The notes under the pieces were generated by a model, which saw only the letters and a program-made list of their open reading frames with translations, was not told the origin of the DNA and searched no databases. A DNA stretch of 63,602 nt, filler included. It is 4 parts of 4 records of this genome, joined end to end, with 100 filler letters (N's around TTAATTAATTAA, not from the genome) between each part and the next. Parts side by side here need not be neighbours in the genome. Positions count along the whole stretch, not along the records: positions 1 to 12,598 come from SRR20825010_822; positions 12,699 to 27,013 come from SRR20825010_827; 2 more parts are not named here. One strand, 5' to 3'. A program made the position numbers and the translations under genes. The stretch's first letter is position 1. The number at the start of each line of letters is the position of its first letter. Of this stretch, positions 10,435 through 21,535 are shown piece after piece.

Positions 10435-11757
10435 TTGAAGTTAGTATCAAGATTTCAGGTCTTAAAAAATGCTAGGAGAATCCTAAAAAATCCCTTGCCC
10501 TTTCATCATGAAAATTTTGAGGCATATGGGGATTGTTTTAGAGTGCAATTAAGTACCAAGGAAATAGTTCTTTTTACAAGAAATCCCGGTCTAATAAAGC
10601 ACATACTTCAAAAACAGCACAGGAAATATGAAAAATCCCCTTTGCAAACAGTGGATTTGGCCAAGTATATTGGTCATGGAATATTAACATCCAGTGGTGA
10701 ACATTGGCGCACACATAGAAGAATGGTGCAGCCGGCCTTTCATAAGAAAAAACTCCAAAATTTAATGGGGGTAATGAAGGAGGCTATACTTATGGAACTG
10801 GAACGAATAGAGCCTGGCAAGGTGCAGGACGTTTTTCCGCTTATGGGCGATCTTGCATTTCAGGTTGTTGCCAAATCCCTTTTTAGTAGTTCGGATATTC
10901 GCGAAAAGATGTCTCGCCTCCAACATATTACCGAGGCCAATCAGCGCATGTTGATCAAAGAAATGCGACAGCCTTATCTAAAATGGTGGTATAGGCTGAG
11001 TGGTAAAATTGATAAGCACTTGAAAATGGCCGGGGAAGGCAAGAGGCTACTTTTGGATATTATTGAAGAGCGGAGAAGATCTGGATTGGAAAAAGATGAT
11101 TTGTTGGATATGCTTCTCAGGGCACGATATGAGGATGGCTCCCCAATGCCGGATGGGCAATTGTTGGATGAAGTGTTGATTCTATTTACAGCAGGACATG
11201 AAACCACAGCCAATGCCCTTAGTTTCACCCTGTTTCTTTTGGCCAAAAATCCGGCCATTCAGGATCAGGTTTATGAGGAAGTGTCAAAGGTTGATTTTGA
11301 GGATAGCAATATTGATTTATTGCAAGGTGTGATGCAGCTTCAATTTGTTAAGCAATGTATAGAGGAGGCCCTAAGGTTGTATCCTCCGGCTTATGTCATA
11401 GATAGGGTGGCCACTGAAGAAGATACTTTTGAAGATATTTTGCTGCCTAAGGGTACCATGGTGCTTATGTCCATTTACGAATTGCACCGCTATAGTAATT
11501 TTTGGGAAAGGCCACTGGAGTTTGACCCTGGCAGATTTAAGGAGGCGGACAAAAAGGATTATGGGGACTACTATTATCCGTTTGGGGCAGGTCCCAGAAT
11601 GTGTGTAGGCAATAATTTTGCCATGTATGAAATGATCATTGCCATAGCGGAAATTGTGAAGAAGTATAGCATATCCAGCGATTTGAAAAACATAGGGATC
11701 AATCCTTTGATTTCACTTAAGCCAAAGGCTGTACCTTTAATGTTTACTGAACGATAA
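10435..11757 (+). CDS. Cytochrome P450
   Basis: I-helix AGHETTA, ExxR (EALR), heme signature [13 protein letters not shown] start. Confidence 0.95.
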   Translation: MKLVSRFQVLKNARRILKNPLPFHHENFEAYGDCFRVQLSTKEIVLFTRNPGLIKHILQKQHRKYEKSPLQTVDLAKYIGHGILTSSGEHWRTHRRMVQPAFHKKKLQNLMGVMKEAILMELERIEPGKVQDVFPLMGDLAFQVVAKSLFSSSDIREKMSRLQHITEANQRMLIKEMRQPYLKWWYRLSGKIDKHLKMAGEGKRLLLDIIEERRRSGLEKDDLLDMLLRARYEDGSPMPDGQLLDEVLILFTAGHETTANALSFTLFLLAKNPAIQDQVYEEVSKVDFEDSNIDLLQGVMQLQFVKQCIEEALRLYPPAYVIDRVATEEDTFEDILLPKGTMVLMSIYELHRYSNFWERPLEFDPGRFKEADKKDYGDYYYPFGAGPRMCVGNNFAMYEMIIAIAEIVKKYSISSDLKNIGINPLISLKPKAVPLMFTER

Positions 11758-11762
11758 TTTTT

Positions 11763-12598
11763 TTGAAGAACATTCATGAACATACCCAGCTTATCAAAGC
11801 CGAAGCCAAACGCCTCGGATTTTTGTCTTGTGGTATTTCCAAGGCCGAATTTTTGGAAGAGGAGGCCCCAAGATTGGAAAATTGGCTAAAAAAGAACATG
11901 CATGGGGAAATGGGCTATATGGAGAATCATTTCGACAAGCGTCTGGATCCCACTAAATTGGTAGAGGGTTCCAAATCGGTCATTTCCCTTCTGCTTAATT
12001 ATTTTCCAGGGGAAAGTCAAAAAGAAAACACCTATAAGCTTTCCAAATATGCCTATGGACAGGATTACCATCATGTTATCAAATCCAAACTAAAGGAACT
12101 TCAAAATTTTATATCGGAAGAGATTGGGGAGGTGAGCGGTAGGGCTTTTGTGGATTCCGCCCCCGTCTTGGACAAGGCATGGGCCGCAAAGAGCGGATTG
12201 GGTTGGATAGGGAAACACAGTAATCTACTGACCCAACAGGTGGGGTCCTTTTATTTTATAGCAGAATTGATCGTGGACTTGGAATTGGAGTATGACCATA
12301 GGGTAACCGATCATTGCGGCACCTGCACTGCCTGTATCGACGCCTGTCCTACCCAGGCCATAGTAGAGCCCTATGTGGTAGATGGTAGCAAGTGTATTTC
12401 TTACCTTACCATCGAATTAAAGAATGAGATCCCTTCGGAATTTCAAGGAAAAATGGATGATTGGATGTTTGGTTGCGATGTTTGTCAGGATGTATGCCCC
12501 TGGAACCGTTTCTCCAAATCCCATCGCGAGCCTTTGTTCAATCCCAATCCCGATTTACTATCCATGACAAAAAAGGACTGGGAGGAAATTACGGAAGA
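11763..12598 (+). CDS. queG: Epoxyqueuosine reductase QueG (3' truncated by gap)
   Basis: 'YAYGQDYH', 'FVDSAP', '[13 protein letters not shown]', 'CISYLTIE', '[12 protein letters not shown]'. Confidence 0.96.
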
Positions 12599-12698
12599 NN
12601 NNNNNNNNNNNNNNNNNNNNNNNNNNNNNNNNNNNNNNNNNNTTAATTAATTAANNNNNNNNNNNNNNNNNNNNNNNNNNNNNNNNNNNNNNNNNNNN
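12599..12698. other. Artificial contig spacer
   Basis: N44-TTAATTAATTAA-N44 (stops in all six frames). Confidence 0.99.
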
Positions 12699-12713
12699 AA
12701 TTGAACCAAAATA

Positions 12714-14912
12714 ATGAGAGAAATGATAAAGAAAATACAAGTATTCTTTTCACTTTGTATGCTTGCATCAAGTGTTTTTGCGACGGATTATTATGTTTCT
12801 AAAACAGGAGATAACGCGAATTCCGGTACTGAGGAAGCACCCTTTTTGACCATCACCAAGGCAGCCTCAATCATGGTGGCCGGAGACGTTTGTATCATTA
12901 AAGCGGGTGTGTACAGGGAGACGGTGAGTCCAGCGAATGCGGGTTCTGCCGGGAACCCGATTGTTTTCAAAGCCTTTGAGGGCGATACCGTAGTAGTGTC
13001 CGCCACTGAGCTGGTAACAAACTGGGCCCTTCATTCAGGCAACATTTATAGTACCCAGAAGAATCTTGTTTTGGGTGATGTGCAAAACATGCTTTATGCC
13101 GATGGTCAGGTTATGGACATAGCCCGGTGGCCGAATAATGTAGACAATGACCCACAGACCATTGACGCAGAACCCATTGATAACGGATCCTTGTCCCATA
13201 TTGAACGCACCACCATTCCCGCTATTGACTGGACGGGAGGTTACGTTTGGTATCTCGGAGCACATTCAGGTGCCAGTTGGACCAGGCCGATTACTGCTTC
13301 GTCATCAGGTAGGATCGACTTTGCTGCATTGCAGGATAAATGGCCATTCAATCCTCATAACCCAACTGTATTGCGAAATAACAATAGGGGTCGTATGTTC
13401 TTATTTGGAAAGTTGGCGGCATTGGACCACCCACGCGAATGGTTCTATGATAAATCAAACAACACCATTTATTTTAATGCGCCAAACAATGTGAATCCCA
13501 ATGATTTGGTCGTGGAAGTCGCTTTCCGGGATGCTTCCATATCCCTGAATAAGAGTTACATTGTGATAGATGGACTCCACGTTTTTGGAGGTAGAGTAGA
13601 TGTAAAAGCCGACGATTGTGTAATAAAAAATTGTGTCATTCGCTACGGACATCAGGCGTTGGATGAACTCAATAATACCGATGCACAAGACTCAAAAGGA
13701 TCGATTACTATTGAAGCGAGCAACACATTGATCGATCACAACCTGTTGGAAAATGGCTCAGCCAATGGAGTGGCGATGCTCACCGCCTGGAAGGGGAGCG
13801 CGAACAATACCGTAAATAATAATATAATCCGGGGATTCAACACGGTTGGGATTCATGCCAATCCAATTCGATCCAATACTGCGAATATGACCGCCACGAA
13901 TAACACGATTTACCGAACCGGACGGGATGGGATGTACAATAGCGGTAGCAACGGAGTGATTGCTTACAATGATCTTTATGATTGCATGAAGATAAACAAT
14001 GACGCAGGCGTCTTTTACACAGTGGGAAATGCAAATGACAAAAACACGGTAATCCATCACAATTGGTTTCATGATTCATCCGGGCCTTTTTATGCCGATG
14101 GACGAGCCGCAGGAATCTACCTGGATAATCACAGCAAAGGCTATATTGTGCATCACAATGTAATCTGGAATATTACCTGGGCTGGAATTCAGATAAACTG
14201 GGACAATTGGAATATTGATATCTACAATAATTCAATCTACGAAAGTGAGTCAGCCATGGGGCGATGGGAAAATGGCTACACAATTGATGATATCGTGTTG
14301 AAAAATAATTATGCGAGTAAGCCAAGCACAAGAGGGAATAATGATAATCAGCAGTATGTTATCAATGGTTGGATTGGTACGGACGTCTCTTCAGCTACCA
14401 ATATCATCAGCGCTGATTCTCCATTCGAGTCTATAGAGGATCATAATTTTATGCCTGTTTCCGGATCAGCTTTGATTGATAAGGGTGAAGTGATAGCAGG
14501 AATTACAGATGGTCATTCCGGTTCAAAACCAGACATTGGTGCGTATGAATTTGGTGGTGAGTCGTGGGTGGCTGGTGCCGACTGGGAAGCCTTGGAAACT
14601 GTTGTCATAGAAGAAGAGGAGGAAGAAGAAGAGGAAGAAGAGATTCTTGGTTTGAAACTTGGAAACAGGGCTTTTGTTGTTGGGCCAAACCCGGTTCGCG
14701 ACAGGTTATATGTTCGGTTTTCTGAAAACAAACCAGTAGAAACAATTGCCATGCTCGACATGCAGGGTAGAAAGTTACCTATTCAACCTTTGCAGCATGA
14801 AGCCGGATTGCAGTTGGACATGCGGAACGTGCCAAAGGGAATGTATTTACTTATCCTGAAGACAGCCGACGGAGAACAACATGTGATGCGGATTCTGAAG
14901 CCTTACAACTAG
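12714..14912 (+). CDS. Secreted right-handed beta-helix protein (DUF1565-type N-terminus) with poly-Glu linker and T9SS type A sorting domain; putative polysaccharide-active enzyme
   Basis: Signal peptide, 'YYVSKTGDNANSGTEEAPFLTI..A', Asn-rich parallel beta-helix repeats, 'PDIGAYE', E11, C-terminal 'GPNPV...DMQGR...PKGMYLLIL...RILK'. Confidence 0.8.
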   Translation: MREMIKKIQVFFSLCMLASSVFATDYYVSKTGDNANSGTEEAPFLTITKAASIMVAGDVCIIKAGVYRETVSPANAGSAGNPIVFKAFEGDTVVVSATELVTNWALHSGNIYSTQKNLVLGDVQNMLYADGQVMDIARWPNNVDNDPQTIDAEPIDNGSLSHIERTTIPAIDWTGGYVWYLGAHSGASWTRPITASSSGRIDFAALQDKWPFNPHNPTVLRNNNRGRMFLFGKLAALDHPREWFYDKSNNTIYFNAPNNVNPNDLVVEVAFRDASISLNKSYIVIDGLHVFGGRVDVKADDCVIKNCVIRYGHQALDELNNTDAQDSKGSITIEASNTLIDHNLLENGSANGVAMLTAWKGSANNTVNNNIIRGFNTVGIHANPIRSNTANMTATNNTIYRTGRDGMYNSGSNGVIAYNDLYDCMKINNDAGVFYTVGNANDKNTVIHHNWFHDSSGPFYADGRAAGIYLDNHSKGYIVHHNVIWNITWAGIQINWDNWNIDIYNNSIYESESAMGRWENGYTIDDIVLKNNYASKPSTRGNNDNQQYVINGWIGTDVSSATNIISADSPFESIEDHNFMPVSGSALIDKGEVIAGITDGHSGSKPDIGAYEFGGESWVAGADWEALETVVIEEEEEEEEEEEILGLKLGNRAFVVGPNPVRDRLYVRFSENKPVETIAMLDMQGRKLPIQPLQHEAGLQLDMRNVPKGMYLLILKTADGEQHVMRILKPYN

Positions 14913-14913
14913 T

Positions 14914-16209
14914 ATGAGGCGATTGATCTGGTTATTTGGTTTGATTTTTTATGTGCTGGGAACACATGCCCAACCGAACATCATCTTCATTGAATCCGAT
15001 GATCAAAGTAATCAGGCCGTAGGGGCGTTTGGAAATCCGATGTTGGTCACGCCCAACATAGACCAACTCGCGAAGGATGGGGTTTCGTTTACTTCGGCCT
15101 ATAACATGGGTTGCTGGTCGCCGGCTGTATGTGTGCCTAGTCGGACTATGCTTTTTTATGGGAAATACCTTTGGGACTCGCAAAAAATCAATGCCGAAAA
15201 TGTCCCAAAGTCTATGCCCGAGCTCCTTAAAGAAAATGGGTACCAAACCTACATGACCGGCAAATGGCATGCCTGGGGCAAGAGCCCAAAGGCCATATTT
15301 CATGGAACAGGAAGTATTCAGCCGGGACAGTTAAAAACCTATTATCAGAATGAAGGCCATGTCACAGATATCACAGGGAGAGAAGCTGTGGACTTTATTG
15401 AAAATTACAAGGATGATAAGCCATTCTTTCTTTATGTGGCTTTCAATGCGCCGCATGTGCCAAGGCAAACGGAGCAAAAGTACTATGACCTGTATCCTAC
15501 AGATAAGATTGAGCTTCCACCCAGTGTAATAGAAGGCCCTCTGAATCCAAACATTGAATACAATTATATCAAAGCTCCTTTGAGTAAATCAACCATTCGC
15601 GAACGTGTACAGCAAAACAATGCCATGGTTACGCATATGGATGACCGTATAGGGGATATAATCGCGAGCTTGAAGGAGAAAGGATTATATGAAAACAGCA
15701 TCATTGTTTTCACCTCAGACCATGGAATCAATTTTGGTGAAAATGGTGTGGCCGGAAAAGTGTGTCTGTATGAGCCCAGCGTCACGGCTCCATTGATCAT
15801 TAAAGCCCCCAATTTGCCTCAATCCATTCAACTCAAGAACCGAGTTTATCTACAAGACATTTACCCAACTTTGATGGATATATTGGGAATAAAGGTACCC
15901 GATTACGTGGCGTTTAAGAGCTTGAGGCCGATTATAGAGACCAAAGAGGACACACGTCCGTCCATTTATATGGCGATGTTCGATGATCAGCGGAGCATTA
16001 TAAAGGGAAATGAAAAACTAATTCTGTACCCAAAAAGTGGTGATTTGGAATTTTACAATCTGGCAACAGATCCGTGGGAGACAAACAACCTTTCCACAGG
16101 CAAAAAGTCAAAAAAATCAATTCAAAAACTCCTGGTTGATCTGCAAGATTGGCAACAAAATGTGGGGGATACTGTAGATATAAAACGCCCATTCATTCAG
16201 TTTTTTTAA
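14914..16209 (+). CDS. Sulfatase (S1, Cys-type)
   Basis: 'PNIIFIESDD', CVPSR, GKWH, 'APHVP', 'SDHG'. Confidence 0.93.
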   Translation: MRRLIWLFGLIFYVLGTHAQPNIIFIESDDQSNQAVGAFGNPMLVTPNIDQLAKDGVSFTSAYNMGCWSPAVCVPSRTMLFYGKYLWDSQKINAENVPKSMPELLKENGYQTYMTGKWHAWGKSPKAIFHGTGSIQPGQLKTYYQNEGHVTDITGREAVDFIENYKDDKPFFLYVAFNAPHVPRQTEQKYYDLYPTDKIELPPSVIEGPLNPNIEYNYIKAPLSKSTIRERVQQNNAMVTHMDDRIGDIIASLKEKGLYENSIIVFTSDHGINFGENGVAGKVCLYEPSVTAPLIIKAPNLPQSIQLKNRVYLQDIYPTLMDILGIKVPDYVAFKSLRPIIETKEDTRPSIYMAMFDDQRSIIKGNEKLILYPKSGDLEFYNLATDPWETNNLSTGKKSKKSIQKLLVDLQDWQQNVGDTVDIKRPFIQFF

Positions 16210-16243
16210 TTGATTATCTAATAATCGTTCAAATCCTTCTATT

Positions 16244-17671
16244 ATGAAACAGTTTATAATTGGTTTCTTATTGGTTACGCTATTTTCAAAATGTGGTAGC
16301 ACACAAGAAGCCTCCAAACTTCAAAAGAAGCGCCCAAATGTGATTATTATTCTTTCTGATGACCAGGGTTGGGCAGATGTAGGTTTTAATGGATGTACCG
16401 ACATTCCCACTCCTAATTTGGATGCTTTGGCCGCAAGTGGAGTGGTGTTTTCACAAGGATATGCTTCACATCCTTATTGTAGCCCAAGTCGGGCGGGGTT
16501 GCTCACGGGAAGGTATCAGCAGCGCTTTGGGCATGAAAACAACATGCCTTATGAAAACGCCACGGTAGAGGATGGACTTCCTGTGGAAGAATATCTTATT
16601 TCTGAAGTCCTCAAAGCGAATAGTTACCATACCTCGGCTATTGGCAAGTGGCATTTGGGTGATTCAGCCAGATTCTGGCCTGTCAATCAGGGGTTCGATG
16701 ATTGGTTTGGTTTTTTTGGTGGGAGCATGAGTTATTGGGGCGAACCAAAACACGGCAACCCGATGGACGTTGTGTTGCGAAATGGGAAACCGGTGGCACT
16801 TTCAGAAATCACGTACCTAACTGATGATTTCACCAAGGAAGCTGTAAACAAGATAGATGATTACAGTAAGGATGAAAATCCCTTCTTTATGTATTTGGCT
16901 TACAATGCACCACATTCTCCGCTCCATGCCACAAGTGATTATCTGAAAGTGATGGATCATCAGGAAGACGGTCAACGGGCAGCTTATGGGGCCATGGTTT
17001 ATGCCATGGACAAAGGGATCGGCGAGGTGATCCAAAAACTAAAGGAAACCGGGCAATATGAAAACACGCTTATCTTCTTTTATAGCGATAATGGTGGTGC
17101 ATTGAATGGAGCTGATAATCAACCATTCAGAGGTCACAAAGGAATGCTGTTTGAAGGTGGTATCAGAGTGCCTTTCTGCGTGAGCTGGCCTGCGGCCCTT
17201 AATGGTGGATCCACTTATAGTGAACCAATCAGCGCTTTGGATATTTTCCCGACGATTTTGGAAGCTACTGGAGTGAGCCACCCCAAACCTGAATCGTTGG
17301 ACGGAGTGGATTTGATGCCCTTTCTTAGCAGAAATCAAACCAAAGCTATACCACACGATGTGCTCTATTGGAGGTATTCCGACGGTGTGGGCTATGCCGT
17401 GAGGCAAGGAAATTATAAAATGGTTCATTCTGGTTATAAGGAAAAAACCTTATTGTTTGATATTGAGGAAGATCCTTTTGAAAATAAAGATTTGGCTGTG
17501 GAAATGCCAGAAAAAATAACAGAACTACAGGCACTGTACGACACGTGGAACAAAGGTACCGTGCCTGCAAAGTGGTATGACCCACATGGTGAAAATGTAC
17601 TTAAAGAAGAAAAAAAAAGACAATATTTTATCGATCAGGCGAAAAAAGGTGAAAAGAAAATAAACCTATGA
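16244..17671 (+). CDS. Sulfatase (S1, Cys-type), lipoprotein
   Basis: Lipobox LFSKC, 'PNVIIILSDDQG', CSPSRAGLLTG, GKWHLG, SDNG. Confidence 0.95.
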   Translation: MKQFIIGFLLVTLFSKCGSTQEASKLQKKRPNVIIILSDDQGWADVGFNGCTDIPTPNLDALAASGVVFSQGYASHPYCSPSRAGLLTGRYQQRFGHENNMPYENATVEDGLPVEEYLISEVLKANSYHTSAIGKWHLGDSARFWPVNQGFDDWFGFFGGSMSYWGEPKHGNPMDVVLRNGKPVALSEITYLTDDFTKEAVNKIDDYSKDENPFFMYLAYNAPHSPLHATSDYLKVMDHQEDGQRAAYGAMVYAMDKGIGEVIQKLKETGQYENTLIFFYSDNGGALNGADNQPFRGHKGMLFEGGIRVPFCVSWPAALNGGSTYSEPISALDIFPTILEATGVSHPKPESLDGVDLMPFLSRNQTKAIPHDVLYWRYSDGVGYAVRQGNYKMVHSGYKEKTLLFDIEEDPFENKDLAVEMPEKITELQALYDTWNKGTVPAKWYDPHGENVLKEEKKRQYFIDQAKKGEKKINL

Positions 17672-19518
17672 AGACGTTCAGCAACTATTTATTTATTGCA
17701 TTGGGGATTTTCTTTCTAGCTGGATGTGGTAGTACAAAGCAGGAATTGAAACCGCCTAACATTGTTTGGATTGTATCTGAGGATAATTCAAAACATTACC
17801 TCAAACATTTTGACGAGAACGGAATAGCTACTCCCAATATAGAGGCATTGGCACAGCAGGGCATCACCTTCAGAAGAGCATTTTCCAACGGAGCGGTCTG
17901 TAGTGTGGCTAGATCTACGATTATTTCAGGATGCTATGCACCCAGAACAGGCACACAATTTCACAGGAGGAGCCAATTGGTTCCCATGCCGGATTCGTTG
18001 CGGATGTTTCCTGCATATTTAAGAGAGGCAGGATATTATACTGGTAACAACTCAAAAGAGGATTACAATTTCGTGAAGGACGAAGGAGCCTGGACCGAGT
18101 CGTCCAAAAAGGCAAACTGGAGCAACCGAGTTGGCAATCAACCTTTTTTTTACGTGCATAACATCGGGCTCACGCATGAGTCTAGCCTGCACTTTCCGGT
18201 ATCTGATTTGAAAGATAAACCAACCTCAACAGACCCGGAAACGACTTTTGTAGAACCCAATCATCCTCAATCAGACGTCTTTAAATACACCAATGCACGA
18301 TACCGTGATCTCATTGCGCAGATGGATAAATTGGTAGGAGAAGTGGTTTCTAAATTGGAAGCGGATAATTTGCTAGACAGCACTTTTGTGTTTTATTACG
18401 GCGATCATGGCGGGGTTCTTCCCGGTAGCAAAGGCTACATTCATGAAACGGGATTGCATGTGCCATTGGTAGTGTATGTGCCTAAAGCATACGCACATTT
18501 AGTCGAGAAGGTAGCGGGCAGTTCTTCAGATCGATTTGTGAGTTTTGTCGACTTAGCGCCTACAGTGCTGGCTCTTGCGGGAGCCCAGATTCCTGAGCAG
18601 ATTGATGGCAAAGCATTTCTTGGTGCAAATGTCCAACAGGATGCCAATGTGACCTTTGGGTATGCCGATCGTTTTGATGAAAAGTATGACATGGTTCGCT
18701 CTGTGAGGAAGGGGAAATACAAGTACCTACGTAACTATCAGCCATATTACCCGGATGCTTTGATGAATGACTATCGATACAAGCAGGCCACCTACCGGGA
18801 TTGGGAAAATCGGTTTAGAAACGGTGAGTTAAACGATATTCAATCTGCATTTTTTCAACCGAAAAGAGCAGAGCAGCTTTTTGATGTGGAAGCAGATCCG
18901 TATGAAACGAATAATCTAGCTGATGCGCCGGAGTACTTAGAAGAGCTTGGCGAAATGCGCGAGTTACTTACAGACTGGGTTAGAGATATGCCAGACCTGT
19001 CCTTTTACCCAGAGAATTTTCTACGAACGGAGGCCTTTGGCAATACTGTGGGATATGGAAGGCTACATAAGGGAGACATCTCAAATTATATCACTATTGC
19101 CGACCTTCAATTGTCAAGTTTTAAAGCGGCCAAACCTGAACTTAAAAATGCCCTCTCATCTTCCGATCCATGGATGCGATATTGGGGATTGATTGCATTG
19201 AGTTCATTGGGTGAATCGGATGAAGAAACGAAAGCATTTGTTAAGCAGATACTTGAGAATGATCCACTATTGATCAATCGCGCTCGTGCTTTTGAATGTC
19301 TCGCCCTGTTAGGTGCGGATGTAAACCCGGATGATCTTGTCCAATTGTCCTATGAATCGGAGGATGATCTGGAAACACTTCTAATGCTCAACACGATGGT
19401 GTTTTTGAAGGATTTTCATGATTTCCAATTCAATATCAATTCTGAGAAAATCAAGAATGAGGTGTTAGTGAACTCAGATGTTGAATCGAGGCTTACTTAC
19501 CTGACGAAATCCTTTTGA
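17668..19518 (+). CDS. Sulfatase (S1, Cys-type) lipoprotein with C-terminal helical (HEAT-like) extension
   Basis: Lipobox LAGC, 'PNIVWIVSED', CSVARSTIISG, GDHG; C-terminal 'DPWMRYWG...LINRARA'. Confidence 0.9.
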   Translation: MKTFSNYLFIALGIFFLAGCGSTKQELKPPNIVWIVSEDNSKHYLKHFDENGIATPNIEALAQQGITFRRAFSNGAVCSVARSTIISGCYAPRTGTQFHRRSQLVPMPDSLRMFPAYLREAGYYTGNNSKEDYNFVKDEGAWTESSKKANWSNRVGNQPFFYVHNIGLTHESSLHFPVSDLKDKPTSTDPETTFVEPNHPQSDVFKYTNARYRDLIAQMDKLVGEVVSKLEADNLLDSTFVFYYGDHGGVLPGSKGYIHETGLHVPLVVYVPKAYAHLVEKVAGSSSDRFVSFVDLAPTVLALAGAQIPEQIDGKAFLGANVQQDANVTFGYADRFDEKYDMVRSVRKGKYKYLRNYQPYYPDALMNDYRYKQATYRDWENRFRNGELNDIQSAFFQPKRAEQLFDVEADPYETNNLADAPEYLEELGEMRELLTDWVRDMPDLSFYPENFLRTEAFGNTVGYGRLHKGDISNYITIADLQLSSFKAAKPELKNALSSSDPWMRYWGLIALSSLGESDEETKAFVKQILENDPLLINRARAFECLALLGADVNPDDLVQLSYESEDDLETLLMLNTMVFLKDFHDFQFNINSEKIKNEVLVNSDVESRLTYLTKSF

Positions 19519-19614
19519 TCGCAAAGCACAATACCGTTCGGCTTTTTATGGGATTGTCCGACGCTGAATCCCTTCCTAAAGGCTTTTTTTAGAGGAAATT
19601 TTACTGAATTAAGC

Positions 19615-19686
19615 GGGGATAATAATTTATCCCCCTTGTTAGCAACAAAATGTCGCTCCTTAACGAAGGATATCAACCTAGTTTTG
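19615..19686 (+). promoter_or_regulatory. Candidate operator palindrome plus -7 promoter element for the fucosidase gene
   Basis: GGGGATAA-TAAT-TTATCCCC (19615-19634) and TAGTTTTG (19679-19686) upstream of ATG 19721. Confidence 0.5.
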
Positions 19687-19720
19687 ATCTATAGTTTAAT
19701 GTAATTCCTAATTTATTATA

Positions 19721-21247
19721 ATGATCAAGCGATATTTTTTCTTTTGGGCCATCCTTCTTCTTTTTGGTGTATGGTCATGCAACACTGCCAAAACCTCCCC
19801 AAAGGAGAAAAGACAAGAGGCCTACAGTCCTGACTGGGAATCAATGTCGAGTCACAATGCAGCACCGGAATGGTTTGAAGATTCTAAGTTTGGCTTGTAC
19901 TTCCACTGGGGGGTGTATAGTGTCCCGGCTTTTGAAACGGAATGGTATCCTTATTTCCTCTATCGAACCGAACGTCCCGAGTTTGCTAAGTACCATGAAG
20001 AAAATTTCGGTTCGCTAGAGACCTTTGGTTACCACGATTTCATTCCTATGTTCAAGGCTGAAAAATTCGATGCTGAGGAGTGGGCTGATTTATTTCAAAA
20101 ATCAGGCGTGAGATTTGCCGGACCTGTGGCACAACACCATGATGGATTTGCGATGTGGGACAGTGAAGTAAATCCATGGAACGCAGCAGATATGGGGCCG
20201 AAGAAAGATATTACAGGTGAGATGTTAACGGCTTTGAAAAAGCGCAATATCAAAACCATGACTTCTTTTCATCATGCCCGTAACCGACAAAGACATGAAG
20301 GTGATCCGGCTAAATGGGATACTTACAACAGTCACTTTGCCTATAACCCCAAATACCCAACGTCATCTGAAGATCCAGACTTGAAGAAGTTCTACGGAAA
20401 CCTTCCACAGGAGGAATTTGATCAATACTGGTTGGACCAGGTCAACGAAGTGGTGGACAAATATTCACCGGATATGATTTGGTACGACGTATGGTTGAAT
20501 AAGGTGGATCAACAAAAGATCAAAGAAATGTCAGCATACTACCTAAACCATGCGAAGCAGACCGGTCAGGAAGCGGTCATTGTTGCCAAACATGATGATT
20601 TGCCAAAATCCATGAGCGTGCTTGATATTGAGCAAGGTGGGAAGAAGGATGTTTCCGAAAATGTTTGGATGACCGATGTGACGTTGAGTGATAAAGGAAG
20701 CTGGAGTTATACCAAAGGACAAGTCTATAAAACACCTGAAATGGTGCTCAGAAACATGATTGACGTTTGGAGTAAAAACGGAGTAGTTCTATTGAACATT
20801 TCTCCAATGGCCGATGGTACCATAAATCAGGAGCAGCGAGATGTATTATTAAGTGTTGGGGACTGGCTGTCAACTTACGGTGAGGCAGTTTATGGTTCAC
20901 GACCGTTTCATATCTACGGTTTTGGCAATGCAAGTGCTGAAGATGGAGCTCATGGAGGACAATCTGCTAAAGTAGATTATGGGGTGGATGACATTCGGTT
21001 TACGACATCTAAAGACAAAAAAGCGCTTTACATCTTCCTGCTTGGCAAACCAAAAGTGGGTACAGTAGTCAACTTGAAAAAACTAAACAACATAGGTTAC
21101 GGACCAGCTACACCAGTGAAACGAATGATCGAATTGAAATCAGGTGCAGAAGTAGATTGGAAAGAAGAAGAACGCAACTACGTTTTCACTATTCCCAATG
21201 CGGAATACAGTGACCTGGCAAATGTCTTTAAAATGGAGTTAGAGTAG
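19721..21247 (+). CDS. Alpha-L-fucosidase (GH29), lipoprotein
   Basis: 'YSPDWES', 'PEWFEDSKFGLYFHWG', 'HHDGFAMWDS', nucleophile 'IWYD', 'LLNISP'. Confidence 0.93.
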   Translation: MIKRYFFFWAILLLFGVWSCNTAKTSPKEKRQEAYSPDWESMSSHNAAPEWFEDSKFGLYFHWGVYSVPAFETEWYPYFLYRTERPEFAKYHEENFGSLETFGYHDFIPMFKAEKFDAEEWADLFQKSGVRFAGPVAQHHDGFAMWDSEVNPWNAADMGPKKDITGEMLTALKKRNIKTMTSFHHARNRQRHEGDPAKWDTYNSHFAYNPKYPTSSEDPDLKKFYGNLPQEEFDQYWLDQVNEVVDKYSPDMIWYDVWLNKVDQQKIKEMSAYYLNHAKQTGQEAVIVAKHDDLPKSMSVLDIEQGGKKDVSENVWMTDVTLSDKGSWSYTKGQVYKTPEMVLRNMIDVWSKNGVVLLNISPMADGTINQEQRDVLLSVGDWLSTYGEAVYGSRPFHIYGFGNASAEDGAHGGQSAKVDYGVDDIRFTTSKDKKALYIFLLGKPKVGTVVNLKKLNNIGYGPATPVKRMIELKSGAEVDWKEEERNYVFTIPNAEYSDLANVFKMELE

Positions 21248-21271
21248 TAGATAAATAGTGGTTTATTAGGG

Positions 21272-21297
21272 GCCCGGTTGATCCGGGCTTTTTTTTT
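21272..21297 (+). terminator. Intrinsic terminator
   Basis: GCCCGG-TTGAT-CCGGGC followed by T9, after the GH29 stop. Confidence 0.85.
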
Positions 21298-21535
21298 CTC
21301 AACTATGTATAGAAATCAGACTAGATATTAATAGTGGGTAAAATTGAGCCATGCCATAGATAAAAATCCAGTTGATGAAGAAATTGATAGTAGGCTTGAA
21401 AAGATGAAAAATGTGGTAACATGTATCTCAATTGATGGCGACAATCCATTCACGTGAGCTTTATCTATATGAATTCTTGAGCTTTAAAATATTAAAAAGT
21501 AGAATGTTCAAGACAACTTTTCAGTAACATTCGAC

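Noticed and set aside
12643-12654. TTAATTAATTAA palindrome repeated three times in the window
   Set aside because: Synthetic six-frame-stop linker inside N runs, not biological.
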